A DNA stretch of 64,000 bases from an uncultured Actinomycetes bacterium. Lineage in GTDB: Bacteria > Actinomycetota > Acidimicrobiia > IMCC26256 > DASPTH01. This document shows positions 1-11,688 of the stretch, piece after piece. Position 1 is the first letter of the stretch. Every line of letters starts with the position of its first letter. The position numbers were made by a program, and so were the translations under genes. The stretch covers positions 42,281-106,280 of the forward strand of contig CAVRGS010000001.1 in assembly GCA_963720765.1 (NCBI GenBank), read 5' to 3'. The notes beneath the pieces are model-generated. The model did not search any database. It had not been told where the DNA came from and saw nothing but the letters and a program-made list of their open reading frames with translations.

Positions 1-925
1 TGGTCGTGTCGTTGTCGTGGGTGCCGGTGTAGACGACCGTGTCGCGGTCGATCGTGCGCGTGCCTGGATTCACCAGGCCGCTCGCGAACGAGAAGTGGAG
101 CACGACGGTGCCCGGGAACCCGAGCGCCGTGCGCAGTCGCTCCACGGGCGGCGTGATCAGGCCGAGATTCTCCGCGACGACGGGGATCTCCCCGAGACTC
201 CCGGCGACCGCGTCGAACACCGCTCTGCCCGGTCCGCGCACCCAGGTACCCGCGCGCGCCGTGTGGTTCGTCTCCCGGATCTCGTAGGCGGCCACGAACC
301 CACGGAAGTGGTCGATCCGCACCGCGTCGACGAGCTCCACGGCGCGACGGAAGCGCTCGATCCACCAGCGGTAGCCGGTCCGGCGCATGGCTCCCCAGTC
401 GTACACCGGTGTGCCCCACCGCTGTCCGTCGGCGCTCCAGTCGTCTGGTGGTACACCGCCCACCAGCCCTCGTTTGAAGAGCTCGGGATACCCGACGTGG
501 TCGGCGCCCCGGGACGCCACCGCGAACGCCATGTCGCCGAGGATGCGCACGCCCCGATCGGCGGCGTGCCTGCGCAGTCGCCGCCACTCTCGCTCGAAGC
601 GCACCTGGTCGGCGAGCGCGCCGGGGCCCGCGAACGCCACCCATGAACCAGCCCAGAACGGGTGGGATGCCACGAACGCCTCGATCTCGTCGGCGCGCAC
701 CGAGGCCCCGCGATCGTCGATCCAGGTCGGACTCCCCGCGAACGCAGACGCGGACGAGTACGGAGAGCCGTGGCGGTCCGGAGGACCGAACGGAAGGATC
801 TGCCACCAGCGTTGGCCGGCAGCAGCCAGCCAATCCACGAATCGGCGCGCGTCGTCGCCCAGCGTGCCGCCGGGAAGTGAAGCAACGGGGAGAAGCACGC
901 CGCTCGCGCGTTCGAACGCCGTCAT
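1..925 (-). CDS. malQ: 4-alpha-glucanotransferase (amylomaltase), N-terminal ~308 aa; 3' end runs off the window
   Basis: My own translation of the minus strand from ATG at 925-923 gives MTAFERASGVLLPVASLPGGTLG...FVDWLAAAGQRWWQILPFGPP...RIDHFRGF...VVYTGTHDNDT. These are classic MalQ motifs. The ORF is open to position 1, and is not in the ORF track because no stop lies in the window. Confidence 0.85.
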   Translation of the reverse strand, partial: MTAFERASGVLLPVASLPGGTLGDDARRFVDWLAAAGQRWWQILPFGPPDRHGSPYSSASAFAGSPTWIDDRGASVRADEIEAFVASHPFWAGSWVAFAGPGALADQVRFEREWRRLRRHAADRGVRILGDMAFAVASRGADHVGYPELFKRGLVGGVPPDDWSADGQRWGTPVYDWGAMRRTGYRWWIERFRRAVELVDAVRIDHFRGFVAAYEIRETNHTARAGTWVRGPGRAVFDAVAGSLGEIPVVAENLGLITPPVERLRTALGFPGTVVLHFSFASGLVNPGTRTIDRDTVVYTGTHDNDTT

Positions 926-975
926 CGTCGTGTCATCGATTGGAATTCGCGGCAGTGGGGCATGTCTGACGGGTC

Positions 976-2795
976 ATGCCCAATCGAGCCCCAGGGAACG
1001 CACAAGTCGCCGCTCGCGTGCGCATCTCCGACGTGACGCCCCAATTGGAATGTGGGCGCTATGCGGTGAAGCGGGTCGTCGGCGAGCGCGTGGAGGTCGG
1101 TGCAACCGTCGTCGCCGACGGCCACGCGCAGGTGCGCGCCGAGCTCCGCTACCGGCGCGTCGCCGCCCCACGGTGGACCAGGGTGCCCATGCTCGAGGTG
1201 GACGACGAGCCGGATCGCTTCACCGCCGCGTTCCCCATCGAGACCGCGGGTCGGTGGGAGTACGCCGTCGGCGCGTGGGTCGACGCTGCTGCGACGTGGC
1301 ACGACGAGCTGCGGCGCAAGGTGGAGGCGGGCGAGAAGGACCTCAGCGCGGAGCTCGCCGAGGGCGAGCAGCTCCTCGGTGTCGAGCTCCCCGACGTGGT
1401 CGTCGCCCTGGAAGCGCCGGCGGAGCTGCGGGTCGCGAAGACGTCGCTCGGGCGTCCGCTGACGGTCGTGGCGGAGCCGGCGCTCGCAGCGTTCGGAGCA
1501 TGGTACGAGCTGTTCCCGCGTTCGTTCGGCGGGTTCGACGGTGTGCGTGCGGTGCTGCCCCAGATCGCCGATCTCGGTTTCGACGTCGTCTACCTTCCGC
1601 CGATCCATCCGATCGGCACGACGAACCGGAAGGGCCGCAACAACGCGCTGGTTGCTGCGCCCGACGATCCGGGGAGCCCGTGGGCGATCGGTGGACCTTC
1701 GGGAGGCCACAAGGCGGTGCATCCAGGCCTCGGGACCCTCCAGGACTTCGACCGCCTCGTCGCGCGCGCTCGCGAGCTCGGGCTCGAGATCGCGTTGGAC
1801 TTCGCGGTGCAGTGCTCGCCCGATCACCCCTGGCTCGAGAAGCACCCGGAGTGGTTCGCGTGGCGACCTGACGGTTCGGTGAAGTACGCGGAGAACCCGC
1901 CGAAGCGCTACCAGGACATCGTCAACGTCGACTTCGACAGCACGAAGGCGAAGCAGCTGTGGGAGGCGTTGCTGGGCGTCGTCGAGCACTGGATCGGCCA
2001 CGGAGTGCGCGTCTTCCGCGTCGACAATCCGCACACCAAGCCCTTCGCGTTCTGGGAGTGGTTGATCACGACTGTCCACGAGGACCATCCCGACGTCGTG
2101 TTCCTCGCCGAGGCCTTCACGCGCCCAGCGGTGATGGCGACGTTGGCGAAGCTCGGGTTCAGCCAGTCCTACACGTACTTCACCTGGCGCAACACGCGCT
2201 CCGAGCTCGAGTCCTACATCGTCGAGCTCGGTGAGCAGGCCGACTGGTTCCGTCCCAACTTCTTCGTCAACACGCCCGACATCTTCCACGAGTACCTCCA
2301 GCACGGAGGCCGACCGGCGTTCGAGGCCCGCACCGTGCTCGCAGCGACGCTCTCGCCGTCGTGGGGGATGTACTCGGGGTTCGAGCGAGCGGGAGGCACC
2401 GCGGTCCGTCCCGGCAGCGAGGAGTACCGCGACTCGGAGAAGTACCAGTGCTCGGTGGGTGAGGTCGGCGGCGAGCTCTCTCGTCTGGTGCGGCGCTGCA
2501 ACGAGATCCGTCGAGCTTCCGACGTGTTCCGTCATGTCGACAATGCCACGTTCTTCGACACCGCTCACGAACGGATCGTCGGTTACGTCAAGGGGCGCGG
2601 CCGTGACGCGGTCGTGGTGTGCGTCAACCTCGATCCGCACGGCGACGCCGAAGGCCTCGCGACGCTCCCGACCACTCTCGGTCTTCCCGAGCGCTTCGGC
2701 GTGGTCGACCTGCTCACCGGCGATCATCACGAATGGCGCATCGGGGAGAACTACCTGCGCCTCCCGCCGGGCGGTGCCCACGTGTTGGCGGTCCG

Positions 2796-2799
<4 letters not shown>
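976..2799 (+). CDS. glgE: alpha-1,4-glucan:maltose-1-phosphate maltosyltransferase
   Basis: 607-aa ORF. N-terminus ARVRISDVTPQLECGRYAVKRVVGE is GlgE-like, with a GH13 core (FRVDNPHTKPF, VFLAEAFTRP). Position upstream of treS/mak/glgB fits. Confidence 0.9.
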
Positions 2800-4527
<1,728 letters not shown>

Positions 4528-4535
<8 letters not shown>

Positions 4536-5871
4536 TGTCCGCGCCAGTCTCGGTACCGGCGGCGTGATCGATGACGAGGTCCTCGTCCGGTATCTGCAGC
4601 AGCAGCGGTGGTACGGGGCGCAGTCGCGCGAGATGCAGAGCGCAGGCGTGGTCGACTCGGTGCCGCTGGACGACGACGGCAGCCTGCGCATGGCGCTCGT
4701 CGAGATCGTGTTCGACACCGGAACCCATGATCTCTACCAGCTCCTGGTGCGCGACTTCGACGGCGATGTGTTCGAGGCCGCCGACGATCCCGAGCTCGCG
4801 ACGAGACTGGTAGAGCTCACCGAGTCCGGCGCCTCCGTCGTCAGCACGGACGGCCGCATCACGTTCGACGCCATCCGCCCGGTCACCGCACCGACGATGC
4901 CGGTGGCGCGTCCACTCGGGGTCGACGCGTCGAACACCGTGGTCGTGGTCGAGGACCTCCTCCTCAAGACCTACCGGCACGTGCGCCCGGGTGTGAACGC
5001 CGAGTTGGACATGCTCCTGTTCTTCGCCGAACACGGTTTCGACCACGCTCCCGAGCTGGCGGGCTGGTACGCCTACGAAGGTGAGCGCGTGCAGGCGACC
5101 CTCGGGCTCATGCAACGCTTCGTGCCCGATGCCATCGACGGGTGGGCGCTCGGGCAGCGAGAGCTCGCATCCACACCCGGGACGTTCCTCGACCGGCTCG
5201 AGCAACTCGGTGGGGTCGTGGGCGCGATGCACGCGGTGCTCGCGTCCGACGGGTCCGACCCGTCGTTCGCGCCCGAGGACCCGACGCCTGAGAGCGCGGG
5301 GTTGGTTTCCGCCCGCATCGACGAGGAGATCGACGCCACGTTCGACGAGCTGAGCGATCGTGATGAGCTTGCGCCGCTCATCGGTCGGCGGAGCCAGGCC
5401 CACGATCTGGTGCTCGCGACTGCACCGTCTGCGGTACAGGGACGCGCCATCCGCACCCACGGCGATCTGCACCTCGGGCAGGCACTGTGGCATGACGGCG
5501 ACTGGATGGTGATCGACTTCGAGGGCGAGCCGGCCCGTGGCGCGTCCGCGCGTCGTCAGAAGATGGCGCCGCTGCGCGACGTCGCGGGGATGCTGCGCTC
5601 ACTCGCGTACCTCGCCAGTGCAGTGCGCCGTGACGGCGTCGAGATCACTGACGGCTGGGAACACGAAGCACGGAACATGTTCCTGGGTGGTTACCGAGCG
5701 TCGGCGGTGGCCGTGTTGCCTTCGTCGCTCGAGGCGCAGGAGCAGCAGCTCACGATGTTCGAGCTCGAGAAGGCGTTCTACGAATTGCGCTACGAGCTCG
5801 ATCACCGTCCCGACTGGGTTGGCATCCCTGTCGGCAGCATCATCGGCCTCCTCGAAGGGTCCGACGGATGA
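4528..5871 (+). CDS. mak: maltokinase (maltose 1-phosphate-forming)
   Basis: 447-aa ORF that overlaps the treS stop (ATGAGTGA). QQQRWYG N-terminus and kinase-like HGDLHLGQ motif, as in Pep2/Mak. Here it is separate from treS, not fused. Confidence 0.85.
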
Positions 5872-8042
5872 GCGCAGGCCTGGCACCGGCTGTCCGACGC
5901 GAGTTCGAGCTGGTCCTGTCCCGAGCGCATCACGATCCGCATCATCTGCTCGGCATCCACCCCGTGACCGACGGCGCAGTCGTGCGCGTCTACGAACCGC
6001 GCGGTGTGCCCGGCATCGTGGTCGACGAGCGCGTGGTGCCGATGCGCTGCGTCGATGACCGCGGGCTCTTCGAAGTGGTGCTCACGGGCGCCAGTACCGA
6101 CGCGTCGTACCGAGTGGTCCTCCCCGGCACGCGGGAGCCCGTCGAGGACCCGTATCGGTTCCTGCCGTCGCTCGGTGAGCTCGACCTGCACCTGTTCGGT
6201 GAAGGGCGACACCGCGAGCTGGGCCGTGTCCTGGGCGCGCAACTGCGCGAACACGGGCCGGAGGACGGACGTGTCGCCGGTTCGTCGTTCGCGGTGTGGG
6301 CGCCCGGCGCTCGTTCGGTCGCGCTGGTGGGGGACTGCACGCAGTGGGACGATCGGGTCCTCCCGATGCGCTCGCTCGGCGCGAGCGGGGTGTGGGAGCT
6401 GTTCGTCCCCGGCGTCACCGACGGCATGCGCTACAAGTTCGCGGTCAAGGGCGAGGATGGATCGCTGCGGCTGCACGCCGATCCGGTCGCGGCCTGGAGC
6501 GAGGTGCCCCCCGCGAGCGCCTCCGTGGTGTTCGGTTCGTCGCACCACTGGCGCGACGACGAATGGATGACGCGGCGGGCGGACACCGCGCGCGCACTGC
6601 GTCCGGTCTCGGTCTACGAAGTGCACCCGGGGTCCTGGCGATCCGGACGCGACTGGCGGGCGCTCGCCTCCGAGCTCGGCGACTACGTCACCGAGCTCGG
6701 GTTCACCCACGTGGAGCTGATGGCGGTGCTCGAGCACCCGTTCAGCGGTTCCTGGGGCTACCAGGTGACCGGCTACTACGCGCCATCCTCGCGCTGGGGC
6801 ACCCCCGACGACTTCCGGGCGTTCGTCGACGAGCTCCACCAGCGTGACGTCGGGGTCATCGTCGACTGGGTGCCCGCGCACTTCCCGCGCGACGACTGGG
6901 CGCTGGCGCGCTTCGACGGCACGGCGCTCTACGAGCACGAGGACCCGCGGCAGGGCGCGCATCCCGACTGGGGCACGCTCATCTTCAACTACGGCCGCAC
7001 CGAAGTGCGCAACTTCCTGCTCGCGAGCGCGTTGACCTGGGTGCGTGACTTCCACGTCGACGCGCTCCGCGTCGACGCGGTCGCGTCCATGCTGTACCTC
7101 GACTACTCGCGCGAGCCCGGCGACTGGTTGCCCAACGTGCACGGCGGGCGCGAGAACCTGGACGCGGTCGGGTTCCTGCAGGAGCTCAACACCTGGCTGC
7201 CCGAGGAGGCGCCGGGCGCGTACGCAATCGCCGAGGAGTCGACCGCATGGCCGGGCGTCACCACGCCGGTGCAGGACGGGGGACTCGGCTTCGGAGCGAA
7301 GTGGAACATGGGCTGGATGCACGACACGCTCGAATACTTCGAGCGGGAGGCGATCCACCGGCGCTTCCACCACGACGAGCTGACGTTCGCGATGGTCTAT
7401 GCCTACAGCGAGCGCTACGTGCTCCCGTTGTCGCACGACGAGGTGGTTCACGGCAAACGCTCGTTGCTCGGGCGAATGCCCGGTGACCGTTGGCAGCAGT
7501 TCGCCAATTTGCGCGCGCTGTACGCCTTCATGTGGGCGCACCCGGGCAAGAAGCTTCTCTTCATGGGCGGCGAGCTCGCGCCTGAGCACGAGTGGGACGC
7601 TGGGCACGCGCTCGACTGGCCGCTGCTCGACGATCCGGGCCACCGCGGGGTCCACGACCTCGTGCGTGACCTCAACCGCCGGTATCGCGCAGAACCGGCG
7701 CTCTGGACCGGTGATGACGATCCGGGCGCGTTCAGCTGGCTCCACGGCACCGACGCCGACCACAACGTGTTCGCCTTCGTGCGTCACGATCCGCTCGGCG
7801 GCCGTCCCGTCGCGTGTGTCGCCAATCTCTCGCCGGTGCCTCGCCACGACTACGCCGTCGGTCTCCCGGCGGCGGGGGAGTGGGAGGAGATCCTCGACAC
7901 CGACTCGCACTTCTACGGCGGTTCCGACGTCGGCAACGGCGGAGTCGTGGTCGCCGCAGCAGCAGGTGGGGGTGGAGACGCTCGGCTCGTTCTGCCTCCG
8001 CTCGGCGTGCTGTGGCTCGCACTGCGCGTCGGGAGCCGATGA
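5868..8042 (+). CDS. glgB: 1,4-alpha-glucan branching enzyme
   Basis: 724-aa ORF with ATGA overlap onto mak. GlgB motifs: GFTHVELMAVLEHPFSGSWGYQVTGYYAP, VDWVPAHFPRDDWAL, DALRVDAVASMLYLDY. Confidence 0.95.
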   Translation: MSAGLAPAVRREFELVLSRAHHDPHHLLGIHPVTDGAVVRVYEPRGVPGIVVDERVVPMRCVDDRGLFEVVLTGASTDASYRVVLPGTREPVEDPYRFLPSLGELDLHLFGEGRHRELGRVLGAQLREHGPEDGRVAGSSFAVWAPGARSVALVGDCTQWDDRVLPMRSLGASGVWELFVPGVTDGMRYKFAVKGEDGSLRLHADPVAAWSEVPPASASVVFGSSHHWRDDEWMTRRADTARALRPVSVYEVHPGSWRSGRDWRALASELGDYVTELGFTHVELMAVLEHPFSGSWGYQVTGYYAPSSRWGTPDDFRAFVDELHQRDVGVIVDWVPAHFPRDDWALARFDGTALYEHEDPRQGAHPDWGTLIFNYGRTEVRNFLLASALTWVRDFHVDALRVDAVASMLYLDYSREPGDWLPNVHGGRENLDAVGFLQELNTWLPEEAPGAYAIAEESTAWPGVTTPVQDGGLGFGAKWNMGWMHDTLEYFEREAIHRRFHHDELTFAMVYAYSERYVLPLSHDEVVHGKRSLLGRMPGDRWQQFANLRALYAFMWAHPGKKLLFMGGELAPEHEWDAGHALDWPLLDDPGHRGVHDLVRDLNRRYRAEPALWTGDDDPGAFSWLHGTDADHNVFAFVRHDPLGGRPVACVANLSPVPRHDYAVGLPAAGEWEEILDTDSHFYGGSDVGNGGVVVAAAAGGGGDARLVLPPLGVLWLALRVGSR

Positions 8043-9583
8043 CGGCGTTCCCGCGGCTCGGTGCGCTCGTCGTCGGCGATGAGGTCACCCACACGGTCTG
8101 GGCGCCCGACGCACAGCTCGTGGAGCTCGTCACGAACGCGGCGAGTGAGCCGCTCGCACCCGCCGACGACGGCACCTGGAGCCTGACCCGGCCCGGAGCC
8201 CACGGTGACCGGTATCGGTACCGGATCGACGCCGCCCGCACGTGCCCGGATCCGATGTCACGCTCGCAGCCGGAAGGTGTGCTCGGTCCGTCCGAGGTCG
8301 TCGACCCCGCCGTCGCCGTCTGGACCGATCAGCAGTGGAGCGGTGTCGCGCTGGACGACTTGGTGCTCTATGAGCTGCACGTGGGGACCTTCACCGAGGC
8401 CGGCACCTTCGCCGCGGTCGCCGACCGCCTCCTCGAGCTCGTCGAGCTCGGCATCACCGCCATCGAGGTGATGCCGGTGGCGACGTTCCCGGGGCGTTAC
8501 GGCTGGGGCTACGACGGCTTGTACACGTCGGCACCCCATCCGGTGTACGGCGGTCCCGAGGGCCTGGCCCTCCTGGTCGACCGGGCCCATGCCGTCGGAC
8601 TCGGCGTCGTGCTCGACGTCGTCTACAACCACCTCGGCCCCGGCGCCGACGCGCTCACCGCGTTCGCGCCGTACACCGACGCATCCCACGACACCTTCTG
8701 GGGACCGGCGGTCGACTTCGCGCGACGGGGCGTGCGCGAGTGGGCGATCCAGAATGCCGAGCACTGGGTGCGCAACTTCCACGTCGACGGCCTGCGCCTC
8801 GATGCGGTGCACGCCATGGTCGACGACTCCCGACCGCACATCGTCGCCGAGCTCGCCGACCGTGTGCGCGCCGTGCGCGAGAGCACGCTCGTCATCGCGG
8901 AGATGGAGACTGGCGACCTCCGTCCCGTCAACCGGTGGCACTGCGACGCTCAGTGGGGCGACGAGCTGCATCACGCAGTGCACGTACTGCTCACGGGTGA
9001 GCGTGACGGCTACTACTCCGAGTACGGCAGCGTTGCGCAGGTCGCGCGCGAGTTCGAGCGTCCCGACGCGACCCGCCTCGTGGTGTGCGCGCAGAACCAC
9101 GATCAGGTGGGCAACCGCGCGTTCGGCGACCGCCTGCGCGGCCGCAAGCTACGTCTCGCCGCGTTCTGCTGCATACTGGCGCCGGGCACACCGCTGCTGT
9201 TCATGGGAGAGGAGTACGACGAGCCGCACCCGTTCCTGTTCTTCGCTGATCACGTCGATCCCGAGATCGCGCGAGCGACCCGTGAAGGTCGCCGACGAGA
9301 GTTCGCCGCGTTCGCGGCGTTCGCGCGTGCCGAAGTGCCCGATCCCGGTGCGCTCGACACGTTCGCGCAGTCGAAGCTGTCTTCGTACGGCGACATCGAA
9401 CACCGCGCCTACTACCGTCGGTTGCTCGAGCTGCGGCGCACGCTGCCCACGGGACCGGTGCGGACGGTCGTCGACGAGGACGCCCGATTCCTCCGCGTGT
9501 GGCGGGGTGACGTGGAACTGCTCGTGAACTTCTCCGACGTCGAGCAGAACGGCGTCGGTCCCTGGGAGGGCCGGGTCAGATGA
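8039..9583 (+). CDS. treZ: malto-oligosyltrehalose trehalohydrolase
   Basis: Start at ATG 8039 (MTAFPRLGALVV) overlaps the glgB stop as ATGA. GH13 TreZ-like LYELHVGTFT, GWGYDGLY, VLDVVYNHLGP, GLRLDAVHAM. Confidence 0.9.
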   Translation: MTAFPRLGALVVGDEVTHTVWAPDAQLVELVTNAASEPLAPADDGTWSLTRPGAHGDRYRYRIDAARTCPDPMSRSQPEGVLGPSEVVDPAVAVWTDQQWSGVALDDLVLYELHVGTFTEAGTFAAVADRLLELVELGITAIEVMPVATFPGRYGWGYDGLYTSAPHPVYGGPEGLALLVDRAHAVGLGVVLDVVYNHLGPGADALTAFAPYTDASHDTFWGPAVDFARRGVREWAIQNAEHWVRNFHVDGLRLDAVHAMVDDSRPHIVAELADRVRAVRESTLVIAEMETGDLRPVNRWHCDAQWGDELHHAVHVLLTGERDGYYSEYGSVAQVAREFERPDATRLVVCAQNHDQVGNRAFGDRLRGRKLRLAAFCCILAPGTPLLFMGEEYDEPHPFLFFADHVDPEIARATREGRRREFAAFAAFARAEVPDPGALDTFAQSKLSSYGDIEHRAYYRRLLELRRTLPTGPVRTVVDEDARFLRVWRGDVELLVNFSDVEQNGVGPWEGRVR

Positions 9584-11688
9584 GTGAGCTGTGGCCGGGG
9601 CGCCCGTTCCCGCTCGGTGCGGTGTGGGATGGCGACGGCACGAATTTCGCCGTGTTCTCCGAACATGCCGAGCGCGTGGACCTGTGCCTCTTCGACGCCG
9701 ACGACCACGAGACGCGCATCACGATGCGTGACCGCACCGCGTTCCACTGGCACTGCTACCTGCCCGGCATCGGCCCGGGCCAGCGGTACGCGTACCGGGT
9801 GACGGGCCCCTACGACCCGAATGCCGGGCACCGGTTCAACTCGCACAAGCTGCTCATCGACCCGTACGCCAAGGCCATCGATGGTCTCGTCGCCTTCAGC
9901 GTCGCCAACGTGCTCCCGTACGTCCCCGACGGCGACGACGCCGACCTCGTCGCCGACGATGAGGACGACCAGGATGCCATCCCGAAATCAGTGGTGGTCT
10001 CGGAGCACTTCGACTGGGAGGGTGACCGCCTCCCCCGTCGGCCCTGGAACGAGACGGTCATCTACGAAACCCACGTGAAGGGCTTCACCCGGTGCCACCC
10101 CAAAGTGCGTGAAGACCTGCGGGGCACATACGCCGCGCTCGCGTCCGACGAAGCGATCGCGCACTTCGTGGAGCTCGGCGTGACCGCGATCGAGCTGCTG
10201 CCGGTGCACCACAACGCCGACGAATCCGAGCTCGTCGACAAGGGCCTCAGCAACTACTGGGGCTACAGCTCGATCGGTTACCTCGCACCGCACTCCGAGT
10301 ATGCGGCGACCGGGCGGCGTGGCCAGCAGCTCTCCGAATTCAAGGGAATGGTGAAGGCGCTCCACGCCGCGGGCATCGAGGTCATCCTCGACGTCGTCTA
10401 CAACCACACCGCCGAGGGGAACCACCTGGGACCGATGCTCTCCTTCCGGGGCATCGACAACGCGTCGTACTACCGGTTGGCGCCCGAGGACCCGAGGTAC
10501 TACGTCGACTACACGGGAACCGGCAACAGCCTCAACCCGGTGAGCCCCAACGTGCTGCGGCTGATCATGGACTCGCTGCGGTACTTCGTGGTCGAGTGCC
10601 ACGTCGACGGATTTCGCTTCGACCTCGCGTCGGCGTTGGCTCGCGAGTTCCACGAGGTGAACCGACTCTCTGCGTTCTTCGACATCATCTTCCAGGATCC
10701 TGTGCTGTCGCAGGTGAAGCTGATCGCGGAGCCGTGGGACGTCGGCGAAGGCGGGTACCAGGTCGGCAATTTCCCCGTGTTGTGGACCGAGTGGAACGGT
10801 CCGTACCGCGACACCGTGCGCGACTACTGGCGCGGGATCGCGCCCGTCGGCGAGTTCGCGACCCGCTTCGCCGGATCGGCCGATCTCTTCGAGCGCGACG
10901 GCCGTCGACCGTTCGCGTCGATCAACTTCGTCACTGCGCACGACGGATTCACGCTTGCCGATCTCGTCTCGTACAACGAGAAGCACAACGAGGCGAACCT
11001 CGAGGACAACGCCGACGGCACCGAGGACAACCGGAGCTGGAACTGTGGGGTCGAGGGCCCGACCGACGACGGTGAGGTGCTCGCACTGCGCGCTCGCCAG
11101 CAACGCAATTTCCTGACCACGCTGTTCCTCTCGCAGGGCGTGCCCATGCTGCTCGCCGGTGACGAGATGGGCCGGACCCAGAACGGGAACAACAACGCGT
11201 ACTGCCAGGACAACGAGATCTCCTGGCTCGACTGGGACCTCGACGATGCCGATCAGGAGCTCCTGGCGTTCACGCGCCGGCTGATCGAGTTCCGTCACGA
11301 CCATCCGGTCGTTCGGCGCGACACGTTCTTCGGCGGAGAACGTGACGCCCATGGCCTCCCGGACATCTGGTGGTTCCGACCCGACGGTCGGCGGATGGCG
11401 CGGCGCGATTGGGAGGTGCCCGGTGGTCCGGTGGGCGTGTTCCTCAACGGGGATGCGATCCGGTCGACGACACCTCGCGGTGAGCTGGTCCACGACGAGT
11501 CGCTGATCCTGCTCTTCAACGCACGGCACGAACCGGCCGAGCTGGTGCTGCCGCCCCGTCGGTTCGGTGCGCGGTGGTGCGTCGCGCTGTCGACCACCGG
11601 TGTCGAGGCCGACGGCCGGGAATACTCCGCCCGACAAGGCGTCGCGGTGGCGGAGCGATCCGTCGTGGTGTTGATCCGCCGCAGATGA
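9580..11688 (+). CDS. glgX: glycogen debranching enzyme
   Basis: 702-aa ORF with ATGA overlap onto treZ. PFPLGAVWDGDGTNFAVFSEHAERVDLCLFD N-terminus, NYWGYSSIGY, ILDVVYNHTAEGN, DGFRFDLAS. Confidence 0.9.
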   Translation: MSELWPGRPFPLGAVWDGDGTNFAVFSEHAERVDLCLFDADDHETRITMRDRTAFHWHCYLPGIGPGQRYAYRVTGPYDPNAGHRFNSHKLLIDPYAKAIDGLVAFSVANVLPYVPDGDDADLVADDEDDQDAIPKSVVVSEHFDWEGDRLPRRPWNETVIYETHVKGFTRCHPKVREDLRGTYAALASDEAIAHFVELGVTAIELLPVHHNADESELVDKGLSNYWGYSSIGYLAPHSEYAATGRRGQQLSEFKGMVKALHAAGIEVILDVVYNHTAEGNHLGPMLSFRGIDNASYYRLAPEDPRYYVDYTGTGNSLNPVSPNVLRLIMDSLRYFVVECHVDGFRFDLASALAREFHEVNRLSAFFDIIFQDPVLSQVKLIAEPWDVGEGGYQVGNFPVLWTEWNGPYRDTVRDYWRGIAPVGEFATRFAGSADLFERDGRRPFASINFVTAHDGFTLADLVSYNEKHNEANLEDNADGTEDNRSWNCGVEGPTDDGEVLALRARQQRNFLTTLFLSQGVPMLLAGDEMGRTQNGNNNAYCQDNEISWLDWDLDDADQELLAFTRRLIEFRHDHPVVRRDTFFGGERDAHGLPDIWWFRPDGRRMARRDWEVPGGPVGVFLNGDAIRSTTPRGELVHDESLILLFNARHEPAELVLPPRRFGARWCVALSTTGVEADGREYSARQGVAVAERSVVVLIRRR

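Noticed and set aside
17-885. ORF-track entries 17..646 (+), 39..287 (+), 157..885 (-) and 387..1871 (+) at the left edge
   Set aside because: Their translations are Arg/Ala/Pro-rich junk. The real gene here is malQ on the minus strand in a different frame, open to position 1 and therefore missing from the track.
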